Below, piece after piece: positions 28,783-39,127 of a stretch of DNA of 64,000 nt; the first letter of the stretch is position 1, and each line of letters starts with the position of its first letter. The notes beneath the pieces are model-generated. The model did not search any database. It was not told the DNA's origin and saw only the letters and a program-made list of their open reading frames with translations. The translations under genes and the position numbers were made by a program. Location: the NCBI GenBank assembly GCA_031256435.1, contig JAIRQO010000061.1, positions 59,301 through 123,300 on the forward strand, in the 5' to 3' direction. This DNA is from Cellulomonadaceae bacterium. Lineage in GTDB: Bacteria > Actinomycetota > Actinomycetes > Actinomycetales > Cellulomonadaceae.

Positions 28783-30774
28783 ATGTCCGTGTTCCGCCCC
28801 ACCGTTAGGCGCTCGCTTCTTGCTGTTGTGATCAGCGTTGCGCTTATGACCACCGGTTTGGTGGCTACTGCTGCGCCTGCTCAGGCGGCGGCCAAGATCA
28901 CTGCCGGAAAGGTCCAGGTCACTGGAACCGTGGTGGTGGGCAAGAATATTACCGCCAAACCGGAAGGATTCACCGCCAAGCCGGCACACAAACTGAGCTA
29001 TAGCTATCAGTGGCTACGGAACGGCAAGACCATCAAGAACGCCACAAGCAAGTCCTACACCATCAAGAGTGCAGATAAGGGCAAGAAGTTGGCAGTCAAG
29101 ATCCGCGCCAAGGCAGCGGGTTACTCCACCACTGCGTGGAAGAAATCTACCACGGTGACGGCTAACTCTATTTGGCAAGGGAAGGCTAAGGTCACTGGCA
29201 CTGCCCAGGCTGGCAAGACCTTGAAGGTCACCACGTCCACTTTCACGGGCAAGCCCACCACAATTGCCTATCAGTGGCTGCGCAACGGTAAGTCCATCAA
29301 GGGAGCCACCAAGGCTAGGTACACGCTCACCACCTCGGATGCTGGCAAGAAAATCACGGTGAAGGTCACGGCAAAACGCACGGGTTACAAGAGCCGAACC
29401 GTCACGTCGAACACAGTGAAGCCTACCAAGCCACCAATCACCAACGGTAAGGCATCTGTTTCCGGCTCCGTCCAAATAGGGCAGAGACTCACGGTGAAGC
29501 CGACGGGCTTCAAACCCTCATCGCATCTCACCTACCATTATCAGTGGTACCGCAACGGGAAGAAAATCTCGTCGGCAACGAAGGCCACCTACACCACTGC
29601 CAAAGCCGACGCGGGGACATCAATCACTGCCAAGGTAACCGCCAAGCGTTCCAATTACACGCAGCGTACGGTCACGTCCAACGCAGTGAAGGTGCAGAAG
29701 CCAGTAACCCCTGCAATTTCTGGTGGGCGCGTTGACGTGGTGGGCACTCCCCAACTCGGGAGTACGCTGACCGCCAATCCGTCAGCCTTCACCCCTACCT
29801 CAGGCGCAACATACAAGTACCAATGGAGCCGTGACGGCAAAGCGATCACAAGTGCTACCGGAAAGTCATACACACCCACCCTCGCCGATAGCGGGAAGAA
29901 GATCACCTGTGCAGTGACAGCCTCTAAAGGCGGCTACACGGCACGCACCGTGTCATCCACGGCATCGGTGATCAAAGACCGTCCAGCACGCACCACGCGG
30001 ATCAATGCTCACCGAGGGAACTCGTCGGTGGCACCGGAAAACACTATGGCATCGGTCAAAGCGGCTTACAGTGCTGGAGCAGACATGATTGAGATTGACA
30101 TTGACCGCCTAGCAACGGGCGAGTTCATTCTCATGCATGACGATACTGTGGACAGAACCACCAACGGAACCGGCTCGGTTGGGGACTTGAGCAATGACTA
30201 TGTGCTGGGTTATTGGGAAGAGGATGACATTGTTCTGGAGGACGAAGAAGCTGAACAGCCTGGACTGACGTGGGTTCCGGGCCTCGATGCCGGCTACGCA
30301 ACTCAGTTTGGGCCGGAGTTCGCTGGCGAACCAGTACCCACCCTCACTGACGTCCTGGAATATATGGCGGAGCACCCAGGTCCTGACCTGCAGGTTGAAA
30401 CGAAGGGTCCCCAAACCGAATCCGACCTCAACCAGATCGCTGCTGAGATCCGCAATACTGGGATGGGTGACCGTGTGGTGCTGATGAGTTTCGCAGGCAC
30501 AACGGTCAAGGATTGGAAGCGGGTGGCACCTGACATCCGGGAAGGACTCGTCACGGGTTCCCCGTCTGGATTCCAGACCTGTCTCGATATGGCTGTGGAC
30601 CAATGTGTGGTGTCGGATGCCTTAGCACTCAGTAACCCAGCCATGTTTTGGAAGGTCCAGGACAATGGTATTGGCATGGTTGTCTGGACTGTGAACACCA
30701 CAACCCAGTATGCGGCCGTCATGCCTCTCAAGCCGGACTACATCACCACAAACTTCCCGGCAGACATGAGATAG
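28783..30774 (+). CDS. Secreted protein: four Ig-like (YQW) repeats + glycerophosphodiester phosphodiesterase domain
   Basis: Signal peptide (APAQAAA), YQWLRNGK..GAT..Y....D.GK.I.VKVTA x4, then AHRG..PENT..EID..HD..RTT GDPD motifs. Confidence 0.9.
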   Translation: MSVFRPTVRRSLLAVVISVALMTTGLVATAAPAQAAAKITAGKVQVTGTVVVGKNITAKPEGFTAKPAHKLSYSYQWLRNGKTIKNATSKSYTIKSADKGKKLAVKIRAKAAGYSTTAWKKSTTVTANSIWQGKAKVTGTAQAGKTLKVTTSTFTGKPTTIAYQWLRNGKSIKGATKARYTLTTSDAGKKITVKVTAKRTGYKSRTVTSNTVKPTKPPITNGKASVSGSVQIGQRLTVKPTGFKPSSHLTYHYQWYRNGKKISSATKATYTTAKADAGTSITAKVTAKRSNYTQRTVTSNAVKVQKPVTPAISGGRVDVVGTPQLGSTLTANPSAFTPTSGATYKYQWSRDGKAITSATGKSYTPTLADSGKKITCAVTASKGGYTARTVSSTASVIKDRPARTTRINAHRGNSSVAPENTMASVKAAYSAGADMIEIDIDRLATGEFILMHDDTVDRTTNGTGSVGDLSNDYVLGYWEEDDIVLEDEEAEQPGLTWVPGLDAGYATQFGPEFAGEPVPTLTDVLEYMAEHPGPDLQVETKGPQTESDLNQIAAEIRNTGMGDRVVLMSFAGTTVKDWKRVAPDIREGLVTGSPSGFQTCLDMAVDQCVVSDALALSNPAMFWKVQDNGIGMVVWTVNTTTQYAAVMPLKPDYITTNFPADMR

Positions 30775-30834
30775 GCCGGTATTCTAAAGGCGCTTGGCAG
30801 GTGTGATGGTGTCAAATCTGGTAGCGTCAAACCT

Positions 30835-33384
30835 ATGAATCGCCGTTCCGGGGGCCTCGTCAAATCTGCGAGCCGAGCAGTCAGCAAGAGAGCTAGCCAA
30901 GCCAAAGTTGGCACCAAGCCCTTGACCGCTCGCAAGCAATACTGGGGTGCAGTGGACGTTGCGGCACACCTGGTGAAACCGACCGCCCGTGACCGCCGTG
31001 ATTACCTCAGGTGGCTCGATGCCCCCATCAGCCGGAACGCGATTCTCTACGAAGAGGCATACGGAAAGCACGCCACTGGCTCGCCTTTCGCTATCTTTGC
31101 GCACTTACTCAAGGATGATCGTTTCTCTGATTATCGTCATGTCTGGTCCGTGGCAGCGGACCTAGCGGTCCCCCAGGCGCTCAAGAAGGTTGCTGATAAC
31201 CCCAACGTCACCATTGTCCGACATGGATCCCGTGAGTACCTCAAAGCACTGTCGACATCTGAGATTCTGATTAACGATTCAAAGTTCCGCCCGTACTTTA
31301 TCAAGCGTGACAATCAGTGTTACATCAACACCTTGAGAGGTGTTCAGTTTGATGCCATTGGCAAGGTTGAAGAGAACATCCGGTTCGGCCCGTATGCCAA
31401 CAGCCAACGGAACCTCCTGATTGCCGATTACGTGGTGAGCACAGGCAGCGCCTTCACTGAACGAATCGCGAATTCGTTTGATCTTCTGGGTGTTGCCAAC
31501 ACGCGCTTCCTTGAGGTTGGAAATCCGGCACAAGCACTGCTCCCCAAGGTCAACCGAACCAAGGTGCGCAAGGCGCTGGGACTATTGAACACTGACACAA
31601 TGGTGCTCTACAGTCCAGCACGGGAGGCCAAGAGCAAAGTGCAAGGGTCAGCGATTGCCGATGACCAACTCCTCCATGTTCGCGAACTCCATGCGGTCAT
31701 GCCCGAGGGATACCGTCTCATCGCGAGACTACCGGGTAATCCGGACATCGATGACAATGACGAGGTCAGTAGTTGCGTCTACACCGGCACACTGACGGCA
31801 AATCAGTTGATGGCAGCATCGGACATGATGGTCACGGACTACTCGTACATTGCCGCTCGCTACGTGCCAACAGGGCGCCCCGTGGTTTTCTACCGGCCCG
31901 ATCAAATCATCGAAAACCAGAATCGTCGAGGATACATTCCACAAGATCAACTACCCGGCCCCATCTGCATCACGCCCGCCGACGTTCGCGAGCACCTTGA
32001 TCCCAACGCTGCAACACTGGCAACCATTGAGGCTCGCCGCAACTGCTACAACTCGCAATGGGATAGCCTCCAAGGGGAAAACGCGGCTTCCCTCATCGCG
32101 GATACCATCCTCAACCGGGCCGACACGTTGCAAGGACGCTCGATTGCTAACGATTGCCCTAACGTTCTGGTCTACCCAGGCAGGCTCATCCACAATGACA
32201 TCACGGCCACGTTCCTGAATCTTGAGAAGGCAATAGACCCCGAGCACGTGAACCTGGCAGTTGTATTACAGACAAATGTAGATCCGAAGAATATTGCACG
32301 GTTGTCACCTAACACCCGCGTGTTCTTCCACCAAAATGTCAAACACTTCAGGACTTCGCGGGAGCGGATGGACTATTTCTCGTTCATTACCTCGCCCGAG
32401 TCCGCAACCACGTTCGGCCGCCAATTGGAATCCTTCTTCACGCGCGCGTCGACACGGAGTTTTGGAAATACCGGGTTCAGCACTGTTATAGACTTTAGCG
32501 GGTATAGCAGGGTAATCTCAGCGATGCTCTCCTGCACGAAGGCCACTACTCACGCCATCTGGCTCCACAAGAACATGGCTGACGAGTACCAAGAACGGTT
32601 CCCGTATCTCCGAGGCATCTTTGCGCTCTATCCCCGATGTAGCCACCGTGTGTGTACCAACCAACAGACTCTCGACGAAAACTCGGCCGATCTGCCGCGT
32701 GTGGCTCCTCCTGCTTTGCCTCCTACCGAAGTCATCAAGCCCTTCTTCGATTCGACGGGTATCGCGCCCGACGGGACAATTGAGGCAACAGGAGCTTTTG
32801 ACACTGACGGGAAATTCCGTGAGGAAAGCCCCTTTGAAGGCGCTGTAAGGTTTGTGAAAGAAATGCCGTTCAACCCGGCCATGACCAATTTCATCAATAT
32901 TGCAGCCTACACAGATGAGAAAAACCAATCGGCACTGATAGAGGCATTCGCTAATGTACATCGCGATTACGATGACACGAGGCTCTACTTGGTGGGAGAA
33001 GGTAAACTTCACGGCACTCTTCAGCAACAGGTGATATCGTTAGGTCTACAGGATGCTGTATTCATCACGGGGCCATTGAACAACCATCTCCCCCTGCTCC
33101 AGAAGTCCAAAGCGTTGATTTTGACATCGCTATCAGAAGAGGTACCGTCGGCGATCCTTGAGGCACTCGCGATGAAGGTGCCGGTGATTTCAACCGATGT
33201 CTCAGGTGCGAGGAATCTCCTCGAGGAATTTGGGGGAGGATCTCTGATCGAGGAGAAATCCAGCAATGAAATTGCCGAAGCCATGCGCAGATTCCTCGTG
33301 AGCGGCATTCCTACCTCGAGTACGTTTGTTACCGACGAATACAATACTCAGCACTCAGTGAGATTGACAAGCTCATGGATGTGA
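30835..33384 (+). CDS. TagF-like domain + GT4 fusion; TagF domain lacks its catalytic His residues
   Basis: TagF fold motifs (MVTDYS, YSP) but NTLRG in place of TWHG and ARLPG in place of KLH; GT4 domain SEEVPSAILEA. Confidence 0.85.
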   Translation: MNRRSGGLVKSASRAVSKRASQAKVGTKPLTARKQYWGAVDVAAHLVKPTARDRRDYLRWLDAPISRNAILYEEAYGKHATGSPFAIFAHLLKDDRFSDYRHVWSVAADLAVPQALKKVADNPNVTIVRHGSREYLKALSTSEILINDSKFRPYFIKRDNQCYINTLRGVQFDAIGKVEENIRFGPYANSQRNLLIADYVVSTGSAFTERIANSFDLLGVANTRFLEVGNPAQALLPKVNRTKVRKALGLLNTDTMVLYSPAREAKSKVQGSAIADDQLLHVRELHAVMPEGYRLIARLPGNPDIDDNDEVSSCVYTGTLTANQLMAASDMMVTDYSYIAARYVPTGRPVVFYRPDQIIENQNRRGYIPQDQLPGPICITPADVREHLDPNAATLATIEARRNCYNSQWDSLQGENAASLIADTILNRADTLQGRSIANDCPNVLVYPGRLIHNDITATFLNLEKAIDPEHVNLAVVLQTNVDPKNIARLSPNTRVFFHQNVKHFRTSRERMDYFSFITSPESATTFGRQLESFFTRASTRSFGNTGFSTVIDFSGYSRVISAMLSCTKATTHAIWLHKNMADEYQERFPYLRGIFALYPRCSHRVCTNQQTLDENSADLPRVAPPALPPTEVIKPFFDSTGIAPDGTIEATGAFDTDGKFREESPFEGAVRFVKEMPFNPAMTNFINIAAYTDEKNQSALIEAFANVHRDYDDTRLYLVGEGKLHGTLQQQVISLGLQDAVFITGPLNNHLPLLQKSKALILTSLSEEVPSAILEALAMKVPVISTDVSGARNLLEEFGGGSLIEEKSSNEIAEAMRRFLVSGIPTSSTFVTDEYNTQHSVRLTSSWM

Positions 33385-33484
33385 AACACGGGTAGGGAGA
33401 ATGTGCCGGAGGGATCATCACCACTCTCCGACGTGACCCAGGCTCTCGCGCCGTTCTCCGCTGAATCCTGTTATTGTAAGGTAC

Positions 33485-36085
33485 ATGGCTCTACCCACCA
33501 CAGGCAGGTTGCATCGATTGCAACATGCTGTACGCAAGGTGACCCATCACGTGAAAGAACCCAGCCTGATTCGCAATTCTGGGAGTACGCAACGCACTAA
33601 TTCCCTGGTTAATCCTGATCCTGCCCTCACCAGGCGAGATTATCTCAACTGGAGACTCGATTCTCTTGATCCTTCCGCGATACTCTTTGAGGAGAGTTAT
33701 GGAAACCGCGCATCAGGGGGCCCGCTGGCAATCTTTCTTCAGTTGGTTGATGATACTCGGTTTAATACCTATCACTTCTACTGGTCCGTGGCAGAGGATA
33801 TCCCTATTCACCACGCACTCAGTGCTCATGTATCAAACCCACAAGTGACGATCATTCGCCACGGCTCTCCTGAGTATTTCCACACGCTTGCTACCGCAAG
33901 AGTATTAATCAACGACTCAACTTTCTTGCCGTACTTCGTTAAACGGGAGGATCAACTTTACATCAATACCTGGCATGGAGTTCCTTACAAAACGATGGGT
34001 AAGGACAATGTTGGGGATCGTCCGGTATCTCGCGCCAATACTCAACGAAACCTGATGTTGGCGGACTACCTTGTCAGTTCGTGTTCACGGTTCACGGACC
34101 TCATGGTTGGCGCGTATGACCTCAAAGGGTTCGCTGCTACTCGAATCCTCGAAATCGGAGATCCGGCCAATGAACTCGTTCGCCGCGCGGACCGGAAGCA
34201 GATTCGCAAGAACCTCGGACTTTCCGACGATGAGAAACTCGTTCTGTACTGCCCCACATGGAGAGGACTCAACAACAAGGCAGACCAACGTGCCGTAGAT
34301 GACCAATTACGCAAAGTGGAGGAACTCCAGGAAGCAATGCCACTCGGGTATCGCCTCATCGCCAAACTCCACTCATTTGCCACGAGTGGCGCCACCATTG
34401 ATAGTGATGCCATCTACACTGGTGATCTCAATGAGGGTGAACTCATGGCAGCGGCGGATTCCCTCATTACCGATTACTCCAGCATCTTCTTCAAGTATCT
34501 TTCCACTCAGAGGCCGATTGTCTTTTATCAGTATGACCAGAACGAATACAGTTCAAGTCGCGGATTCTACTTTGACCCGGCGGACCTCCCCGGACCCATT
34601 TGCTCCACTGTTGACGAGGTCATAGCCTCCCTAACCAAGGGCCTGGAGGCACTGAGGGTACCTGGGAGCGAGTTTATTGAATTCTGCGACACGTGGATTC
34701 CTCACGATTCTGGCAGTCCAAGTGCACTCATTGCTGACCTCATTGCAGACCCCACCGACGAACCCCACGGGCGTGTGTTAACTGACTATCGCCCACGTTT
34801 GCTCATCAACCCTGGCGGACTTCTTCTCAACGGTATTACCAGCACCTTCATGAGTCTGCTTCACCACCTTGATTACTCGCAGCTGAATGTAGGGGTATTT
34901 GTCGGACGCGGCGCAAAGGCCGAGATACTTGATCAGTTCCCACCGGAAACAAAGGTATTTTTCCACCAAACTACGAACCTTTTCATTTCCGACGAGGAGG
35001 CGACTGCGTACGATGAGTTCGTTGTTGAAAAACAATCCTCGTGGGACTTCACCAACACTCTCGAGACGCTCTTTACCAGGGAAACAAAACGAGTGTTTGG
35101 AAGCATGACGGTTGATGCGGTAGCCGATTTCAGTGGATACAACTTGGCAACAGCTGCGATCCTGACGTGCCTTCCGTCAGATACCCGCACCATTTGGCTA
35201 CACAATAATATGGCCTCTGAATACGAGAAACGCTTCCCTGGTCTTAAGGGCATCTTTGCACTCTACGACCGATTCGATCATAGAGTTTGTGTGAGTCAGG
35301 ATAGTTTTGAGGAGAACTCGAATGATCTCCCGCAACTCACTCCCCCAGTTCTGCCACCCACCGGTGTAGTCAGCAATACCTTTGACCTCGAGTCTCTTCT
35401 GGTAAGGCGCGACCTTGCCGAAGTAGTGGATTTCGATGGCATCCAGTTGATCCGAGACACGTCACCTGGTGCCTCGGCGGTAAGAACTACAAAGGAAGTC
35501 CTGTTTGACCCAGACAGTATTAACCTCATTAACATTGCGAGATACTCTGTTGAGAAGAACCAGGCCAACTTGATCAAGGCATTCGTCGATGTTGTGAAGA
35601 CATACCCTCAAGCGAAGCTTTACATCGTGGGACACGGACCTTTAGAACAAGATCTCAAGACCTTAGTAAACTCCCTTAACCTCAATGACTCAGTTTTCAT
35701 CACCGGGCGCATTTCCAACCCAATCCCATTATTGTCACGGTGTGACGGTTTCATCCTCCCCTCCCTCTCCGAAGGCCAACCCGTAGTGATCCTTGAGGCG
35801 TTCTCATGTGGGGTACCCGTCATCGCAGCAGACATTGCGGGTCCACGTGCCCTTCTCGACACGTACGGGGGTGGCCTTCTGATTCCCGGATCAGACCCAA
35901 GGGACATTTCACGAATTATTTCTGAATTCCTAAGTAATCCTTGCGCCTCCCAGAACTCGTTTGACGCTGTCGATTTCAACAAAAATGCAATCAGTGCGTT
36001 TTACAAGGCTGTTGAACTCGGGGACGTTAGATATTCCGATTTCTCGGCATCAATGCAGGTTCACCAACCCGCAGTTCATTCTTAG
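33485..36085 (+). CDS. Bifunctional CDP-glycerol glycerophosphotransferase + GT4 glycosyltransferase
   Basis: NTWHG, YCPTWRG, KLH, LITDYSS; GT4 ARYSVEK and SEGQPVVILEA. Confidence 0.9.
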   Translation: MALPTTGRLHRLQHAVRKVTHHVKEPSLIRNSGSTQRTNSLVNPDPALTRRDYLNWRLDSLDPSAILFEESYGNRASGGPLAIFLQLVDDTRFNTYHFYWSVAEDIPIHHALSAHVSNPQVTIIRHGSPEYFHTLATARVLINDSTFLPYFVKREDQLYINTWHGVPYKTMGKDNVGDRPVSRANTQRNLMLADYLVSSCSRFTDLMVGAYDLKGFAATRILEIGDPANELVRRADRKQIRKNLGLSDDEKLVLYCPTWRGLNNKADQRAVDDQLRKVEELQEAMPLGYRLIAKLHSFATSGATIDSDAIYTGDLNEGELMAAADSLITDYSSIFFKYLSTQRPIVFYQYDQNEYSSSRGFYFDPADLPGPICSTVDEVIASLTKGLEALRVPGSEFIEFCDTWIPHDSGSPSALIADLIADPTDEPHGRVLTDYRPRLLINPGGLLLNGITSTFMSLLHHLDYSQLNVGVFVGRGAKAEILDQFPPETKVFFHQTTNLFISDEEATAYDEFVVEKQSSWDFTNTLETLFTRETKRVFGSMTVDAVADFSGYNLATAAILTCLPSDTRTIWLHNNMASEYEKRFPGLKGIFALYDRFDHRVCVSQDSFEENSNDLPQLTPPVLPPTGVVSNTFDLESLLVRRDLAEVVDFDGIQLIRDTSPGASAVRTTKEVLFDPDSINLINIARYSVEKNQANLIKAFVDVVKTYPQAKLYIVGHGPLEQDLKTLVNSLNLNDSVFITGRISNPIPLLSRCDGFILPSLSEGQPVVILEAFSCGVPVIAADIAGPRALLDTYGGGLLIPGSDPRDISRIISEFLSNPCASQNSFDAVDFNKNAISAFYKAVELGDVRYSDFSASMQVHQPAVHS

Positions 36086-36099
36086 GCTGGCTTCTTCCC

Positions 36100-39054
36100 A
36101 TGACAGATACCTGTACTTATTACACGGACAATAAGCGCTATTACCAAAATTTCTCTACACAGCATTATCCGCTGGAACGCGACCTCAAAACTGATGAATA
36201 CGCTGATGCAATAGTCCTTCCAATTATTGAGGCTCCAACGACTCTATCCCGTAGCCATGTGGGAGGCGTCCTGGATTCGGAAGGAAATTGGGTCGCTGGA
36301 CAACTGGTGAGAGGCGATGGAGATGTGTTTTCGTCAATTGACCAAGGTTACTCAGTGTCCAACCCAAAGGGAATACCCTATATAGGCGAAACAGTGATCT
36401 ATGCCGGAGGCTCTGATAAGGAACAGTTCGGCCACTACGTCACAGAGAGGCTTTCACGCCTATGGTGTTTCCTAAGTGATGAATCGCCAAAGAAAAGGAT
36501 CGTGTTCTCCGGAAACCCTGGTAGGACAATAAGCCCGACGCTTCTGGAACTGCTAAACTTGGTTGGCATTGGTCCTGATGATGTGTACTACATCACTGAG
36601 CCAACTCGTTTTTCGAGTATTATTGTGCCTGAACAGGCATTCTACACCTACGGCGGACCTTTCCACAGGGAATCAGCACTTTTGGTTTTCAACGAAATCG
36701 CGGAACGAGCCGAACCAACTGAAATTGAGAAAGTATATTTCTCTCGATCTGGAATCGTCAAACCATTCCAGGCAACCATTAACGAGTCGAAACTAGAGAA
36801 GTTCTTCAAAGAACAAGGTTATCATATTTTCCGTCCGGAACTGTTAACAATGCACCAGCAGATTTCGCTAATTGCTGGTGCACGTGAGTTCGCTTCAACA
36901 TTTGGAAGCATTTCACATCTGATTCCCGTTGCGCAGGCAGGAACCAAGGTTTCCTTGTTCTTGCGCGATGATGAACTCTATCCTTCCAATGCGGTTCAAT
37001 GGCTTTTTTGCGGGTTGCGAGAACTTCCGTGGTCGTTAGTAAATACGACGATGAAGTTGATTCCGGCAACAATGGAGGCCGGAGCCGTGATGTTCACCAA
37101 CACCAAGCAATGGCAACGCTTCACCGCTGAAGAATTTGGTGTCGATGAGGGGAGTGAAGCACCCGATTCTGACATTGCTGAATATATGCGGCAGTGGGCG
37201 AAATCAATCCCAGACACCCTTTATGCCGGCCTCGACAGTGAAACTGACGGCTACTGGCAGGAGACGGGAACGCTCACTGATCGTGCGACCAAGGTAAAAA
37301 TAGCCGACGGACGGTTGCGGGGAAGTCCCCGCATAGGATTTAACTCACTAGCCAAGCACGTCAGTCGGTCACTGCTCGGTGTCAATTTGTCTCAAGCAAC
37401 ACTCGATGCTCTGCGAGTGAGGGATGAACTGTCCTTACGGGGAGCCACGATTCATCTTCAATTCACTGCGACAACCTCAGAGAATAGTGAAGGCGGGCTG
37501 ACAATTCGCGGAGACACGATAGTTCCACCCGCTGTTTCCACCGAATTTACCCTGTCCAATGTGTCGTGTAGAATCAGCAATTCTTCCTCTCGTCCAATAA
37601 TCACGCTTCCAGTGACGATTGTAGATGAATTGCGTCGATGGCAACTTGTTATCCCAATGTCCCTACTCGAATCCATCCCGGACTCGGAAACTCTTAATCT
37701 AAATTTTGACTACGAGACGATTATTCATCAGATTAAGCGAACCCGCAGGGTGGGTTCAACTATCAAGACCTCTCCATTTGAGGGTAAGTCCCATTCGATA
37801 TCACCGTACACTAATGTCAATGGAAATCTGAGCGTTCGCGTTGATGGCCCGATAGTTCGATCTTCCGTCGTTGCAGACTCTGTGGTTTTCGATAAGGATG
37901 ATCTTGTTATCCGGGGTACTGGGGTACCTCCAGACTCGACATCGTCTGATGGGAACATCGCGCTTCGCCTGCATGGTCAAAATGGCGAAGGAGATCATTC
38001 AATCCCTGCGAAGATCGACAGCTCAACAGGGGCCTGGGAATGCCGAGTTTCGCTGGACATAGTCATTGGCGCAAAAGCCCGGACACTCGCGCTTTACTTG
38101 GACCTGGCGTACTCCGGTCAGACGTACAGCAAGCGCGTCATCTCTGGAATTAATGAACGGGTAACAGTCGAAAACGAATCCCGGATTGAGGCCTACGAAA
38201 ATCTCAATGGCAACCTCAGCCTCAACGTGGATGGACCGGGCTGGCACGTTCGACGTGCCTCGATCATCGCAACCACTGCCAAGCCTACCGACGCCTTACT
38301 CAGCATTAAAGGCATTGGCATACCTCAGGTATCACAGGCTGACGACTTGGCCATTACTGCACGATTTTGCGCTGATAATAATCTTGATCCCGTAACAGTG
38401 GCAGTCCACTCTGATTCATCCACTGGTACCTGGATGTGCGAATTGCCACTTAGTCTCCTGGACCTTAACCCAAGGCCTGTGAAGTTTGCGATGTACATTG
38501 ACCTAGACAGTGGAGGTTACAAGGCGGCACACAAGGTAAAGGCACCTTCAATCGCTCGAAGAATATCCGAATCCAAGACTCGCACCGAGGTTTACACCGA
38601 TATTGACGGAGCCTTAATCACTGAGATCGCTGGTCCCGGGTGGCAAATTCCCAAATCGGCCGTTTACGCTGAGAACATTGTGATTAATAGTGGCGCACTC
38701 ATGATTAGCGGGTCCATTGTTTCCAGTGATGCCGTTTCAATGTTAGACCAAGCAGTATTCTGCTTAGAACTGAACAACGTTACACAAGACATAATTAGCC
38801 CGATGACCTTGCTCTCTGGTGATGGAAAGTGGCTTACAGAGGTATCACTCGGGGCGTTTAGTGAGATTGCGAACTCCAGTTCTGTTAGAGCATGGCTGGT
38901 GACAACAGCAGCGGGTGACGAAATCAAGTTACCCGTGTTGTCAGGACTTGCGAGGCCGATTGATCTCGATGACAGATATCGGTTAGTCCGCAGACGAAGA
39001 ATCAGGGCGTTTCCGGACCCTGATGGAATCCTGTGCATGACAATCGAGCAATAG
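36100..39054 (+). CDS. GT61 (DUF563) glycosyltransferase with tandem C-terminal beta-sandwich repeats
   Basis: FGHYVTERLSRLW, KVYFSR, PELLTMHQQI, GSISH; three or four C-terminal modules ending in (Y)xNxNGNLS-like motifs. Confidence 0.8.
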   Translation: MTDTCTYYTDNKRYYQNFSTQHYPLERDLKTDEYADAIVLPIIEAPTTLSRSHVGGVLDSEGNWVAGQLVRGDGDVFSSIDQGYSVSNPKGIPYIGETVIYAGGSDKEQFGHYVTERLSRLWCFLSDESPKKRIVFSGNPGRTISPTLLELLNLVGIGPDDVYYITEPTRFSSIIVPEQAFYTYGGPFHRESALLVFNEIAERAEPTEIEKVYFSRSGIVKPFQATINESKLEKFFKEQGYHIFRPELLTMHQQISLIAGAREFASTFGSISHLIPVAQAGTKVSLFLRDDELYPSNAVQWLFCGLRELPWSLVNTTMKLIPATMEAGAVMFTNTKQWQRFTAEEFGVDEGSEAPDSDIAEYMRQWAKSIPDTLYAGLDSETDGYWQETGTLTDRATKVKIADGRLRGSPRIGFNSLAKHVSRSLLGVNLSQATLDALRVRDELSLRGATIHLQFTATTSENSEGGLTIRGDTIVPPAVSTEFTLSNVSCRISNSSSRPIITLPVTIVDELRRWQLVIPMSLLESIPDSETLNLNFDYETIIHQIKRTRRVGSTIKTSPFEGKSHSISPYTNVNGNLSVRVDGPIVRSSVVADSVVFDKDDLVIRGTGVPPDSTSSDGNIALRLHGQNGEGDHSIPAKIDSSTGAWECRVSLDIVIGAKARTLALYLDLAYSGQTYSKRVISGINERVTVENESRIEAYENLNGNLSLNVDGPGWHVRRASIIATTAKPTDALLSIKGIGIPQVSQADDLAITARFCADNNLDPVTVAVHSDSSTGTWMCELPLSLLDLNPRPVKFAMYIDLDSGGYKAAHKVKAPSIARRISESKTRTEVYTDIDGALITEIAGPGWQIPKSAVYAENIVINSGALMISGSIVSSDAVSMLDQAVFCLELNNVTQDIISPMTLLSGDGKWLTEVSLGAFSEIANSSSVRAWLVTTAAGDEIKLPVLSGLARPIDLDDRYRLVRRRRIRAFPDPDGILCMTIEQ

Positions 39055-39127
39055 TTACCAGTAATTTACTCTCCGAATACCTATCAACCGGCGAACACAT
39101 CACAATCCGTAACAACAGGGATCCAAA

